Origin: an uncultured Syntrophaceae bacterium
Lineage (GTDB): Bacteria; Desulfobacterota; Syntrophia; Syntrophales; UBA2185
Reading direction: 5' to 3'
Assembly (NCBI GenBank): GCA_964541605.1
Contig: CAZIQY010000005.1
Coordinates: 1,220 to 65,219 of the forward strand
DNA length: 64,000 nt
Below, piece by piece: positions 18,470 to 27,708 of this stretch. Every line of letters starts with the position of its first letter. Positions within the stretch are counted from its first letter, which is position 1. The notes below the pieces were generated by a model, which was not told the DNA's origin, searched no databases, and saw nothing but the letters and a program-made list of their open reading frames with translations. The position numbers and the translations under genes were made by a program.

Positions 18470-18496
18470 TCCAAAAGTACAGATGAAGGAGGACGT

Positions 18497-18772
18497 ATGC
18501 CGAAAAGCCTGTCCATCATTGAAGCAAGAAAAAAACTGACGAATATTCCGGAACTTTTTGAGCAGGAGGCGGATCTGGACGTCGTCGCCATAACCAGGCG
18601 GGGAAAGCCGGTCATGGCCATTATGCCCTGGGAGCTTTACGAAGCCCTTGAGGAAACCCTGGAGATTTTGGGGGATGAGGCACTGATGATGCAACTTAGA
18701 GAAAGCATAGAGGAGCTGAAAGCAGGACAGCTTATCCCGTGGGAAGAAACCGGCGCCGGGGCGGGGCGGTGA
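18497..18772 (+). CDS. Phd/YefM family antitoxin
   Basis: MPKSLSIIEARKKLTNIPELFEQEADLDVVAITRRGKPVMAIMPWELYEALEETLEILGD is the Phd/YefM pattern. A strong RBS precedes the ATG. The track ORF (from 18356) adds the helicase-derived fragment. Confidence 0.85.
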   Translation: MPKSLSIIEARKKLTNIPELFEQEADLDVVAITRRGKPVMAIMPWELYEALEETLEILGDEALMMQLRESIEELKAGQLIPWEETGAGAGR

Positions 18773-19086
18773 TGTGGCCTGTTTTCATCACGCCGGCGGC
18801 GCAACGGATGCTTCAGGCAATTCCGGACGGGCGGATCAGGGGAAAGATCGGGGATGTCATTGACCGTCTTCGGCAGGACCCGGAAAAACAGGGGAAAGCT
18901 CTGTTGGGTGAGCTTGCGGGATACCGGAGTATTCGGGCCGTTGGGCAGCGGTATCGCATTGTCTACAAGGTCGAGAAAACGAGGGTGATCGTCATTGTCG
19001 TGGCTGTCGGCCTTCGTAAAGAAGGAGCAAAAAGAGGCATCTACGCCCTCGCCAGGAAACTTCTCCGCCTTCGGCTGACGGAGTGA
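18772..19086 (+). CDS. RelE/ParE family toxin
   Basis: GYRSIRAVGQRYRIVYKVEKTRVIVIVVAVGLRKE is the typical RelE/ParE C-terminal core. Its start overlaps the antitoxin stop (TGATG). Confidence 0.85.
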   Translation: MWPVFITPAAQRMLQAIPDGRIRGKIGDVIDRLRQDPEKQGKALLGELAGYRSIRAVGQRYRIVYKVEKTRVIVIVVAVGLRKEGAKRGIYALARKLLRLRLTE

Positions 19087-19100
19087 GGGAGGGATAATCT

Positions 19101-22100
19101 ATGCCTGCCCATGACATTATTGACAACCGTCAGGAAAAACTGGTGGATCATATCAACCGGATTCTTGACTCCAGCGACGCGGCGCGATTTGCCGTGGGTT
19201 ATTTCTTCCTTTCAGGACTGACGGCCATTTCGGAAAAACTCTCCCGCATCAAGGAATTACGGCTGCTCATCGGCAATACGACCAACCGGGAAACCCTGGA
19301 ACAGTTGGCCGAAGGGTATCACCGTCTGGAGATGGTTGCCGACGCTGCCGAGGCGGAGCGGTATCCGAAACGGAGCGACATCAGACAGATGTCGGTGGAG
19401 ACAACGTACAGCATCCGGACGGGCATGGAACTGATGGATCAGACGGACGAAGGGGAATCGCTGGTCAAATCCCTGGTGCGCATGATCGAAGAAAAACGCC
19501 TCAAGGTTCGGGTTTACATGCGGGGTCGTCTCCATGCGAAGGCGTATATCTTCGATTACGGCGCCGTTTACGACCGCAGCGGCAAACCTGTAAATCGTCA
19601 CGAAGAAGGAATCGCCGTGGTCGGCTCTTCCAACCTGACCCTCTCCGGCGTCACCCACAACACGGAACTCAATGTGATCGTCCAGGGAAACGACAACCAT
19701 GCAGAGCTTGTCCGATGGTTTGAAGACCTCTGGAAAGAGGCGCAGGAGTTCGACGAGACCCTGATGCAGGAGATGAAGGCATCCTGGGCGATAGCGCCGG
19801 TACGGCCCTATGACATCTACATGAAAACCCTCTATGCCCTGGTCAAGGACCGCATTGAAGGAGGAGACGATCAGGATGTTCTCTGGGATGATGAGATCAC
19901 GCGAAGACTGGCGGATTTCCAGAAGGTTGCCGTCAAGCAGGCTGTGCAGATCATCCGGGACTATGGCGGGGCTTTTGTATCCGACGTGGTGGGTCTTGGA
20001 AAATCCTATATCGGCGCCGCCATTGTCAAGCACTTCGAACGCGTGGAACACGCCCGACCTTTAATTATCTGTCCGGCAACGCTGGTCGAGATGTGGGAAC
20101 GCTATAACGAGGTCTATCAGCTCAATGCCCGGGTTCTGTCCATGGGGTATCTCCGGGAAAGGGACGACCAGCCGGTACAATTTCTCAAGGAAGAGGTAAT
20201 CTACCGGGATCGAAACTTCCTGCTTGTCGATGAAAGTCATAATTTCCGCTATGCCGACACCCAGCGTTACAAGATGGTGGAGGCATTCCTGGAGACAGGA
20301 AAGAAATGCTGCTTCATTACCGCCACCCCCCGGAACAAGAGCGCCTGGGATGTTTACTACCAGATGAAGCTCTTCCATCAGGATGACAAGACGGAGCTGC
20401 CCATAGATCCGCCCAATCTGAAAGAATATTTTCGCCTGATTGAAAAGAGAGAAAAAGACCTTCCCGACCTGTTGTCCAATCTTCTTATCCGCCGAACACG
20501 GAATCACATCCTTAAATGGTATGGATTTGACTCTGAAACCCATCGACAGATCGATCCTTCCCATTTCAGAGATTATCAAGACGGCCGACGCCGGGCTTAC
20601 GTCATGGTGGCGGGGAAGCACCAGTTCTTCCCCAAACGGGAGCTGGAAACGATTGAATACAGCATTGAAGAAACCTACCAGGGTCTCTATCACGAATTGC
20701 GCGGATATCTCGGCAAAGCCTCCCGGAAGGGACAGCCGGTCAAGCCGCCGCCCAACGAGCTCACCTATGCCCGATATGGCCTGTGGCATTATGTCGTCAA
20801 AGAGAAACAGAAAAAGGAGCCCTATGCCAGCCTCCACCGGGCCGGTTCCAACCTGCGCGGCCTGATTCGGGTTTTACTTTTCAAGCGCTTTGAATCGAGC
20901 GTTTATGCCTTCCAGGAAACGGTACGCCGTCTCTTGACTGTACATAAGCGATTCGTGGAAGCCCTTTCGCAAGGATTCGTACCCGCCGGGGAGGATGCCC
21001 AGGCCATCCTTTATGAACCGAATCAGGACGAAGAGCAGGACCTGATGGATGCCCTCCGTCAGGTCTCCGGCAAATACAATGTCGCCGATTTTGACCTGCC
21101 AAGACTGAAGGAACACATTGCTCACGATATCCGATTGCTGGAAAAGATGCTGAAACTAATCGATCCCATCACGCCTGATCAGGATGCCAAACTCCAGACG
21201 CTGATAAAAAAACTTAAGGAAAAGCCGCTGTTGGACGGTAAGCGGCTGATCTTTACCCAATACGCCGATACAGCACGATACATCTTTGAAAACCTTAATC
21301 CCGGGAGCGCGCGGCAGGATATTGACGTGATCTTCAGCGGAGACAAGAGCAAAGTCAGGGTTGTCGGGCGCTTCGCTCCCAAGGCAAACCCTGAATACCG
21401 CTTCACTGCTGGAGAGAAAGAATTGATGATGGTCGTTGCCACCGACGTCCTCGCCGAAGGTCTCAATCTTCAGGACTGCGACAAGATCATCAATTATGAT
21501 CTTCATTGGAATCCGGTCAGATTGATCCAGCGATTTGGTCGCATTGACCGGATCGGCTCGGAACACGATGTGGTCTATGGTTTCAATTTCATGCCTGAAA
21601 CCGGAATTGAGCGCAATCTCGGTCTCCGCGAGAAACTTCATCACCGCATTCAGGAGATTCATGATACGATCGGGGAAGACTCGGCTATCCTCGACCGATC
21701 TGAGCAACTGAACGAAGAGGCGATGTACGCCATTTATGAAAAGAAAGGCAGCCAGCTTTCGCTGTTCGAAGAAGAGGAGGAATTTCTGGATCTCAACGAG
21801 GCGGAAGAAATCATGAGGCAGTTGCGCCGCGACAATCCTACGGAATATGATCGAATTGCCGGCCTTCGGAACGGCATCCGTACGGTAAAACCTTCAGCAA
21901 CCAAGGGACTCTATGTCTTCTGCCAGGCGGGCAGGTACCAGCAGCTATTCCTTTTAAACGCAAGGCGGGAGATTACCTCCAGAGATATACCCCGCATCCT
22001 CGGCGTGATCAAATGCGATCCTGAACTGAAAGCGCTCGATATTCCGCCCGGTTATAACGCCGACGTGATGCGTGTCAAACGACAATTTGCAGAGACGGTC

Positions 22101-22436
22101 AAGCAACGACAGGCGGAACTGGAACACACGCTATCGTTGTCACAGGGACAGCGTTATGTCCTCCGTGAACTGAGAGTATTGTTTGGTCTTAGTAATGACG
22201 ATGAAATAAAGATCCAAATTAACATTCTTGAAAAAGCCTTTCGCGGTCCGATGACCACGGCGATCAACCGTGAACTAAACCACATCCGTCGCAATGGGAT
22301 GACAGGTGAACATCTTATGCGGGCATTGACGGAGCTCTATCATCAGCACAGCATGAGGGATTGGTCGGAGCGACGCAACCGGAGATCTGAAGATCAGATC
22401 ATACCGAAGATCGTCTGTAGCGAGGGACTGGCGTAA
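19101..22436 (+). CDS. PLD-family nuclease fused to an SNF2-family helicase (1111 aa)
   Basis: The N-terminal single HKD motif is RLHAKAYIFDY plus GSSNLTLSG. The SNF2 core comprises VVGLGKSYIG (I), LLVDESHNFR (II), ITATPRNKS (III), VATDVLAEGLNLQ (V) and QRFGRIDRIGS (VI). About 300 aa at the C-terminus are unassigned. Confidence 0.9.
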   Translation: MPAHDIIDNRQEKLVDHINRILDSSDAARFAVGYFFLSGLTAISEKLSRIKELRLLIGNTTNRETLEQLAEGYHRLEMVADAAEAERYPKRSDIRQMSVETTYSIRTGMELMDQTDEGESLVKSLVRMIEEKRLKVRVYMRGRLHAKAYIFDYGAVYDRSGKPVNRHEEGIAVVGSSNLTLSGVTHNTELNVIVQGNDNHAELVRWFEDLWKEAQEFDETLMQEMKASWAIAPVRPYDIYMKTLYALVKDRIEGGDDQDVLWDDEITRRLADFQKVAVKQAVQIIRDYGGAFVSDVVGLGKSYIGAAIVKHFERVEHARPLIICPATLVEMWERYNEVYQLNARVLSMGYLRERDDQPVQFLKEEVIYRDRNFLLVDESHNFRYADTQRYKMVEAFLETGKKCCFITATPRNKSAWDVYYQMKLFHQDDKTELPIDPPNLKEYFRLIEKREKDLPDLLSNLLIRRTRNHILKWYGFDSETHRQIDPSHFRDYQDGRRRAYVMVAGKHQFFPKRELETIEYSIEETYQGLYHELRGYLGKASRKGQPVKPPPNELTYARYGLWHYVVKEKQKKEPYASLHRAGSNLRGLIRVLLFKRFESSVYAFQETVRRLLTVHKRFVEALSQGFVPAGEDAQAILYEPNQDEEQDLMDALRQVSGKYNVADFDLPRLKEHIAHDIRLLEKMLKLIDPITPDQDAKLQTLIKKLKEKPLLDGKRLIFTQYADTARYIFENLNPGSARQDIDVIFSGDKSKVRVVGRFAPKANPEYRFTAGEKELMMVVATDVLAEGLNLQDCDKIINYDLHWNPVRLIQRFGRIDRIGSEHDVVYGFNFMPETGIERNLGLREKLHHRIQEIHDTIGEDSAILDRSEQLNEEAMYAIYEKKGSQLSLFEEEEEFLDLNEAEEIMRQLRRDNPTEYDRIAGLRNGIRTVKPSATKGLYVFCQAGRYQQLFLLNARREITSRDIPRILGVIKCDPELKALDIPPGYNADVMRVKRQFAETVKQRQAELEHTLSLSQGQRYVLRELRVLFGLSNDDEIKIQINILEKAFRGPMTTAINRELNHIRRNGMTGEHLMRALTELYHQHSMRDWSERRNRRSEDQIIPKIVCSEGLA

Positions 22437-22451
22437 TAAACTGAAGCTTGT

Positions 22452-24005
22452 ATGCCCATGCTGAAAAACATCCGGAGAACATTTCAGGGCCTTTTTCTGC
22501 TGGTTTTTCTTTGGCTTTTTCTGCAGACAGAATCGAAAGGGGCAAATGAACTCGGTTATCCCGTCAAGATTTTTCTCGACATGGATCCCCTCATTTTCAT
22601 CACGACAGTCCTGTCGTCCCGCTCTTTAGACCACATTCCTTACCTTGCTGTTGTGATCATCATTGCCACTGTATTGTTGGGAAGGTTTTTCTGCGGCTGG
22701 CTCTGTCCGCTCGGCACCCTGAATAATCTGGCGGGTTCCCTGAGAAGATGGCGTTTCAATACCGCCCCGAGAAACTGGCACAGACTGAAGTATTATATTC
22801 TCATCTTCCTTTTGACATCTTCTCTTTTTTCCCTGCAGCTTGTCGGTGTTCTCGACCCGCTGTCTTTGCTGATACGATCTTTTTCCCTGAGCGTTTATCC
22901 CCTCATCAGCTATGCAACCGGCGCCATGTTCGATACGTTCTATGGTTTGAATGTTCCGGTTCTCGTCAGCGTCACCGAGGCCATATACGGTTTCCTGAAA
23001 AAAGTTATTCTTCCCTTCCAGCAGCCCTTTTTTCTTCAGAGCGTTTTTGTGGCCCTCTTGTTTTTTCTTATCTTGGGTTTGAATCTTGTGGAAAGAAGGT
23101 TCTGGTGCAAGTATCTGTGCCCCTTGGGCGCCCTCCTGGGCCTTCTATCCAGATATGCCGTTCTCAAAAGAACCGTCAGTGAAGGCTGTGACTCCTGCGG
23201 GGCATGCGGAGCATTATGTCAGGGGAATGCGGTTCCTGATGAAAAGAAAGGCTGGAAAAATACGGAATGCGTGCTCTGCATGAACTGTGACGACGTGTGT
23301 CCGAAGAATGCCGTCCGTTTCGGTTTCGCGGGGGAATCCGCGAGGGCGTCCATGGATCTGGGCAAGAGAAGGATCGTCGGTTCCATTCTTGCCGGAGTCT
23401 TTGCCGTTCCGTTGTTGAGGGTGTCGCCGGTTGCGAAACCTTCCTACGGAGATCCGTCCCTGATCAGGCCGCCGGGCGCGCTCGGTGAAAAGGCGTTTCT
23501 ATCGCGTTGTGTCAAATGCGGTGAGTGCATGAAGGTCTGCATCACCAACGGCCTCCAGCCGACCTTGCTGGAAGCGGGTCTTGAGGGAATCTGGTCCCCC
23601 GTACTCGTTCCCCGGATAGGCTATTGCGAATTCCGATGCACCCTGTGCGGGCAGGTCTGCCCCACCGGCGCCATCAGAAAGCTGGACATGGAAGAGAAGG
23701 CGAAAATCAGGATAGGTCTTGCCATGATCGATAAAGGGAGATGCCTTCCCTATGCCTTTGCAACTTCCTGTATTGTCTGTGAGGAGGTCTGTCCCACGGC
23801 AAAAAAAGCCATCTGGTTCGAGAAAGCCATTGTCAAAAACAGGGATGGGAAGGAACTGGTGTTGAAGCAACCCCGGGTGGATCTTGAACTGTGCATCGGC
23901 TGCGGCATCTGTGAGGCGAAATGTCCCGTCATCGGGCAGCCCGCCATCACTGTCACCAGCGCAGGGGAAACACGCTCCCCGGCCAGGCAACTCCTTATTT
24001 CTTGA
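22452..24005 (+). CDS. Membrane-bound polyferredoxin (NapH/MauN-like N-terminus plus several 4Fe-4S domains)
   Basis: FFCGWLCPLGTL and RFWCKYLCPLGALLGL are NapH-type CxxCP motifs within TM segments. Four or more CxxCxxCxxxCP clusters follow. It starts 15 nt after the helicase stop. Confidence 0.85.
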   Translation: MPMLKNIRRTFQGLFLLVFLWLFLQTESKGANELGYPVKIFLDMDPLIFITTVLSSRSLDHIPYLAVVIIIATVLLGRFFCGWLCPLGTLNNLAGSLRRWRFNTAPRNWHRLKYYILIFLLTSSLFSLQLVGVLDPLSLLIRSFSLSVYPLISYATGAMFDTFYGLNVPVLVSVTEAIYGFLKKVILPFQQPFFLQSVFVALLFFLILGLNLVERRFWCKYLCPLGALLGLLSRYAVLKRTVSEGCDSCGACGALCQGNAVPDEKKGWKNTECVLCMNCDDVCPKNAVRFGFAGESARASMDLGKRRIVGSILAGVFAVPLLRVSPVAKPSYGDPSLIRPPGALGEKAFLSRCVKCGECMKVCITNGLQPTLLEAGLEGIWSPVLVPRIGYCEFRCTLCGQVCPTGAIRKLDMEEKAKIRIGLAMIDKGRCLPYAFATSCIVCEEVCPTAKKAIWFEKAIVKNRDGKELVLKQPRVDLELCIGCGICEAKCPVIGQPAITVTSAGETRSPARQLLIS

Positions 24006-24042
24006 TGTCCGGTTTCTTGCCGGTTCGCGTTTTCAAACGTTC

Positions 24043-24540
24043 CTACATGAATCTCTCGAAACGCTCTTTTCCGGCCTTGCAGATGGGACAGGTCAGGGGC
24101 GCTTCCTCCCGCGCGCACAGATAACCGCAAACTTTGCAGCGCCAGACAGGGTATGGCAACGACCCTTCCGCTTTGCCCGGCTCGGGAGAAGAAAGTTGGG
24201 TTCTCTTCTCTTCGGGAGGTCTTCTGTCGGGAATGGAAGCGAGCTTCTTTTTCTTTTCGAGAATTTCCCTGGAGATATAGAGGGCGCAGTAACAGGCGCC
24301 GTGGTCGTTCAGATCCGCATCGCGGTAATCGCAGGGGCAGATGATGTCCGTATCCTCTGCCCTGACGCCTGATGCAAGACGGCAGGGGCATGCCCGGTAT
24401 CCGAACCGTTCCTGATTGGTGAGCAAACCCCTGATCAGTTCCATCGTAAAATCATCATCCGGATTCAGCAGATATCCCCCCGCCTTGGCGCCTTCCGTCA
24501 GTTCTTTAAGAACCTGTTTGATTTTTTCGGCGGCAATCAT
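24043..24540 (-). CDS. Ferredoxin:thioredoxin reductase catalytic-subunit-like protein fused to a C-terminal rubredoxin-type zinc/iron ribbon
   Basis: [10 protein letters not shown]...[23 protein letters not shown] is the FTR-beta CPC...CxC/CHC cluster. The C-terminus [10 protein letters not shown]...[13 protein letters not shown] is a rubredoxin fold. Confidence 0.8.
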   Translation of the reverse strand: MIAAEKIKQVLKELTEGAKAGGYLLNPDDDFTMELIRGLLTNQERFGYRACPCRLASGVRAEDTDIICPCDYRDADLNDHGACYCALYISREILEKKKKLASIPDRRPPEEKRTQLSSPEPGKAEGSLPYPVWRCKVCGYLCAREEAPLTCPICKAGKERFERFM

Positions 24541-24818
24541 TTGAAGGCATCCCTTATCTTTTCTTCATCGAACCCGACGATGCAGCGCGCCTTGTCGATG
24601 ACGAGCGACGGGAAGGTGCAGTCGGGATTCCATTGTTTGAGTTCGGTTTTTGTTTCCGTTTTTTCCTTGTCATCGAGCAGATCCACATCTACAAAAAAAT
24701 AATCGACGTTCATCTGCTCGAGCAGGCTTTTTGTTTTTTTGCACCAGACGCACGTACTTAAGGCGTACAGCATTACAAACCCTTTTTTGTCTCCCTGAAA
24801 ATGGTATATGCCGCTCAT
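24537..24818 (-). CDS. Glutaredoxin/NrdH-like small thioredoxin-fold protein
   Basis: The active site is [11 protein letters not shown] (CxxC). It is 93 aa and has an AAAGGAGAA RBS. Its stop overlaps the FTR-like gene start. Confidence 0.75.
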   Translation of the reverse strand: MSGIYHFQGDKKGFVMLYALSTCVWCKKTKSLLEQMNVDYFFVDVDLLDDKEKTETKTELKQWNPDCTFPSLVIDKARCIVGFDEEKIRDAFK

Positions 24819-25004
24819 ATACTTTTCTCCTTTCCGTATCTAATCCTTCAGATTTTTCGCTGCAGCATGATCAACCCTTCCTCCCTGGAATTTTCAGCAG
24901 GACTCGTCTATCATATCGCCGATAACGATTGGCTGTTTCCGTTAGTACATCGAAAGCGCGCATCCTGTCAATATCCGGAAACGCCGTCCATCCATTACAA
25001 GGCG

Positions 25005-25223
25005 CTACTTTCTCACTTCGATTTTTTGTGCGCCCTTCATCGGATTTTCACGGGTATTGCTGACGGGCCCCGATTTCTGACCCTTATTGTCCCGAACTTC
25101 AATTTCTTTTTGCGGCACTGCTTTTGGCGGCGCTTCCCTAGTCTCCGTTCCGGGGCTGAACAGCATGATGGGGATGGATATAATGACGGCCATGCCGACC
25201 AGAAACCATAAAAATTTTTTCAT
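25005..25223 (-). CDS. Small membrane/secreted protein (72 aa)
   Basis: It has an N-terminal TM/signal segment (FLWFLVGMAVIISIPIMLF). Its start overlaps the upstream gene stop (ATGA), implying translational coupling. Confidence 0.55.
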   Translation of the reverse strand: MKKFLWFLVGMAVIISIPIMLFSPGTETREAPPKAVPQKEIEVRDNKGQKSGPVSNTRENPMKGAQKIEVRK

Positions 25224-26395
25224 GATGTCTTCCCTGCGGATTCCCGTATTGGTTTCTTCTTCTTGTGAATGAGGTCAATGATCGTAATTTCGGGAGCGGC
25301 CAGAAAACGGATCGGCGGTCCCCATGTCCCCGTTCCCCGGTTCACATAGAGACGGGATTGCCCGGGCAGTTCGAAATAACCCGCATGGTTTGGGAAAAAG
25401 ATCCGGGTAATCAGACTGAAAGGAAATATTTGTCCCTTGTGGGTATGTCCCGAAAGCTGCAGGTCGAACAGGCCTAAAGCATCGGCGTTCACGGCCGGTT
25501 GATGTTTGAGGAGCAATGTAAAGCGATCCCTGTCGAACTTAGACAGCAGTTCTCTTTCCGAAATTTCCCTCGCCAGGCCGTAACTTCTTCCCGCGGGATC
25601 ATCGACCCCCGCAATGTTGATCAGCCCTGCGGCCGTCTTGCCCTCGCCTCTCAGAACCGTGAAGCCACAGTCCTTCATGAAATCGACGGATTCGTCAATG
25701 CCTGCATAGAATTCATGGTTTCCCGTAATGGCGAATTTCCCGTATCGGGGTTCTATGCTTTTTAACAGCTTCACGGGTTCAGCGAGGTTATTGATCTGAC
25801 TATCCAGGAGATCGCCCGTTGACACAAGAATGTCCGGCGCCGCTTTATTTATCTCGTCGACGATCCTTTTCAGGCGCTTCTCTCCGACGATGATTCCGAT
25901 ATGGACGTCGGAAATCTGGACGATTCTGATCTTGCCGATAGTCTCCGGGATTTTAGCGGATTCAATGGAGATAACGTCTATCCGCGGGTTCTTCGCTTCG
26001 ACGTAACCGTACATGTTGACGCCCGCTGATACCAGGATAGCCATTATAAGGGTCAACAGCGGGGATGGATTCAGGTGGGCGAATCGGCCGGGGACGGCAA
26101 TAGCCGCCGCATGAACCGTGAATCGATAGAGATCGAGCGCGAGTGACACAACAAAAAAAATGAAAAGCACGCCCATCCAGATATATCCCGTGTAGGCGGT
26201 GAAACGGGCCGGGGCGTCCAGGCCATGCCGCTCCAGAATCCGCACGGCGATCGGAGCAAAAATCATGATCGCAAACAGAATAATCAGGCCGACAGTACTT
26301 CCCGTACCCAGGGGGACGGCGCTCCGTATCTTCGCAAGGAGATAAAGATGCATGCCGCCGTAAATGAGTATAAATGTGATGAGAAAAAGGGCCAT
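25220..26395 (-). CDS. Membrane-anchored metallophosphoesterase (YkuE/calcineurin-like)
   Basis: It has four or more N-terminal TM helices, followed by IVQISDVHIG, TGDLLD, GNHEF and SGHTH phosphoesterase motifs. Confidence 0.85.
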   Translation of the reverse strand: MALFLITFILIYGGMHLYLLAKIRSAVPLGTGSTVGLIILFAIMIFAPIAVRILERHGLDAPARFTAYTGYIWMGVLFIFFVVSLALDLYRFTVHAAAIAVPGRFAHLNPSPLLTLIMAILVSAGVNMYGYVEAKNPRIDVISIESAKIPETIGKIRIVQISDVHIGIIVGEKRLKRIVDEINKAAPDILVSTGDLLDSQINNLAEPVKLLKSIEPRYGKFAITGNHEFYAGIDESVDFMKDCGFTVLRGEGKTAAGLINIAGVDDPAGRSYGLAREISERELLSKFDRDRFTLLLKHQPAVNADALGLFDLQLSGHTHKGQIFPFSLITRIFFPNHAGYFELPGQSRLYVNRGTGTWGPPIRFLAAPEITIIDLIHKKKKPIRESAGKTS

Positions 26396-26422
26396 TGCCG
26401 ACTGCAGAAAGCGTCTCCTCTC

Positions 26423-27478
26423 TTATGGCGTCCGACGTTTCATGTCTCTTTGAGGGGGCCTGGTTCCGGGTCGCCGGTCGCCGGTCAGAGACTTCAATTG
26501 TTTACATGCCATTTGATTGCCCAGTTTACAGGCTTTCTGAAAGCTTGTCCTGGCGTTTTCCTTGTTGCCGGTTTCCTTGAAAGCGTATCCCAGCGATGCA
26601 TATATCCTGGCAAGGGCGAATCTTGGTGCGTTTGGCTTTAGTTCGATGGCCCGCTGAAGGTCTGCTATCGCTTTTTCGTGCTCGCCGTTCCGGCTATAGG
26701 TAATGCCGCGCCCGGTATAGGCTCTCGGATCATCAGGTTTCATTGCAATGATTTTGTTGAAGTCTGCGACGGCAAGATTATATTGTTGCTTTTTGGTAAA
26801 CAACAGGGCTCTCTGTCCGTATGCCTTCAACATCTGCGGGTCTTCCGCTATGGACTGCGAAAAGGCCTCGATGGCATCGTCTGTCCTGTTATCAAGGGCG
26901 TACTGCATTCCTTTTTCAAACCATTGATTGACCTCAAAGGTTTTTTCCTGCTTCGTGATCTTTGCGACAATCTGCTTCCTGTCTGTTTCGTCCTTTGAGG
27001 AAGCGAGCTTTGTTTTCAGGTTTTCGATTTCCTGCTGGCTCTTTTCATAGGCATCCTTCATTCTGGCATAATCGTCGGCAAGGCCCTGCTCCCTGATCTT
27101 CTCCGCCATGACTTCCACCCTGTCGGGATGAACGACCGCCTTTATCTTTACCCAAAATTTTATGGCATCTCCCGTCATAGACCGTTTCTTGTCCAGAACG
27201 GTCACTTCCATAATGCCGGATGCAAGGACCTGAACCTCGTCTTCCTCAATCTGGAAGTTTTTCATTCTGGAATAGCTTTTGACGTAAGTCCCCGCCTGTT
27301 CGACGGCGAATCTCTTCGCCTGTTCAACAGCCTTGCTTTCCGCAATGACGGGTGTTTCCCCGTCGCCCATGTTGTAGATTCCCTCTGATACGATTTCCGT
27401 CGTTTCGGAAAAACCCGAAACCGGAATAATGAGTATCAGAAACATCATTGCCGCCATCAGCATGCTTTTCATAGTCAT
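26423..27478 (-). CDS. Secreted TPR-repeat protein with an LPP20-like N-terminal domain
   Basis: It has a signal peptide and a coiled-coil middle region. The C-terminal TPR repeats include AYGQRALLFTKKQQYNLAVADFNKII and AYTGRGITYSRNGEHEKAIADLQRAIEL. Confidence 0.7.
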   Translation of the reverse strand: MTMKSMLMAAMMFLILIIPVSGFSETTEIVSEGIYNMGDGETPVIAESKAVEQAKRFAVEQAGTYVKSYSRMKNFQIEEDEVQVLASGIMEVTVLDKKRSMTGDAIKFWVKIKAVVHPDRVEVMAEKIREQGLADDYARMKDAYEKSQQEIENLKTKLASSKDETDRKQIVAKITKQEKTFEVNQWFEKGMQYALDNRTDDAIEAFSQSIAEDPQMLKAYGQRALLFTKKQQYNLAVADFNKIIAMKPDDPRAYTGRGITYSRNGEHEKAIADLQRAIELKPNAPRFALARIYASLGYAFKETGNKENARTSFQKACKLGNQMACKQLKSLTGDRRPGTRPPQRDMKRRTP

Positions 27479-27708
27479 GATTCCTTTGTTGTCAGGATCT
27501 TGTTTCTGATGTCCGTTTATAAGTAACCTGAAACGCTTCCGGCACGCCCAACTCTTTAAACGGGGGAACGTAATGTTCCGGCAGATAATGAAATCCCCGG
27601 AGTTGACTTTGTTGCGTGATCACTGTAAGTATTACAGAAAATAGGGTCAGGTGTGTGAAAAGTCAAGCATGAAATGGGGAGCGAAAACGATTTTGAGGAG
27701 GTATTGAA

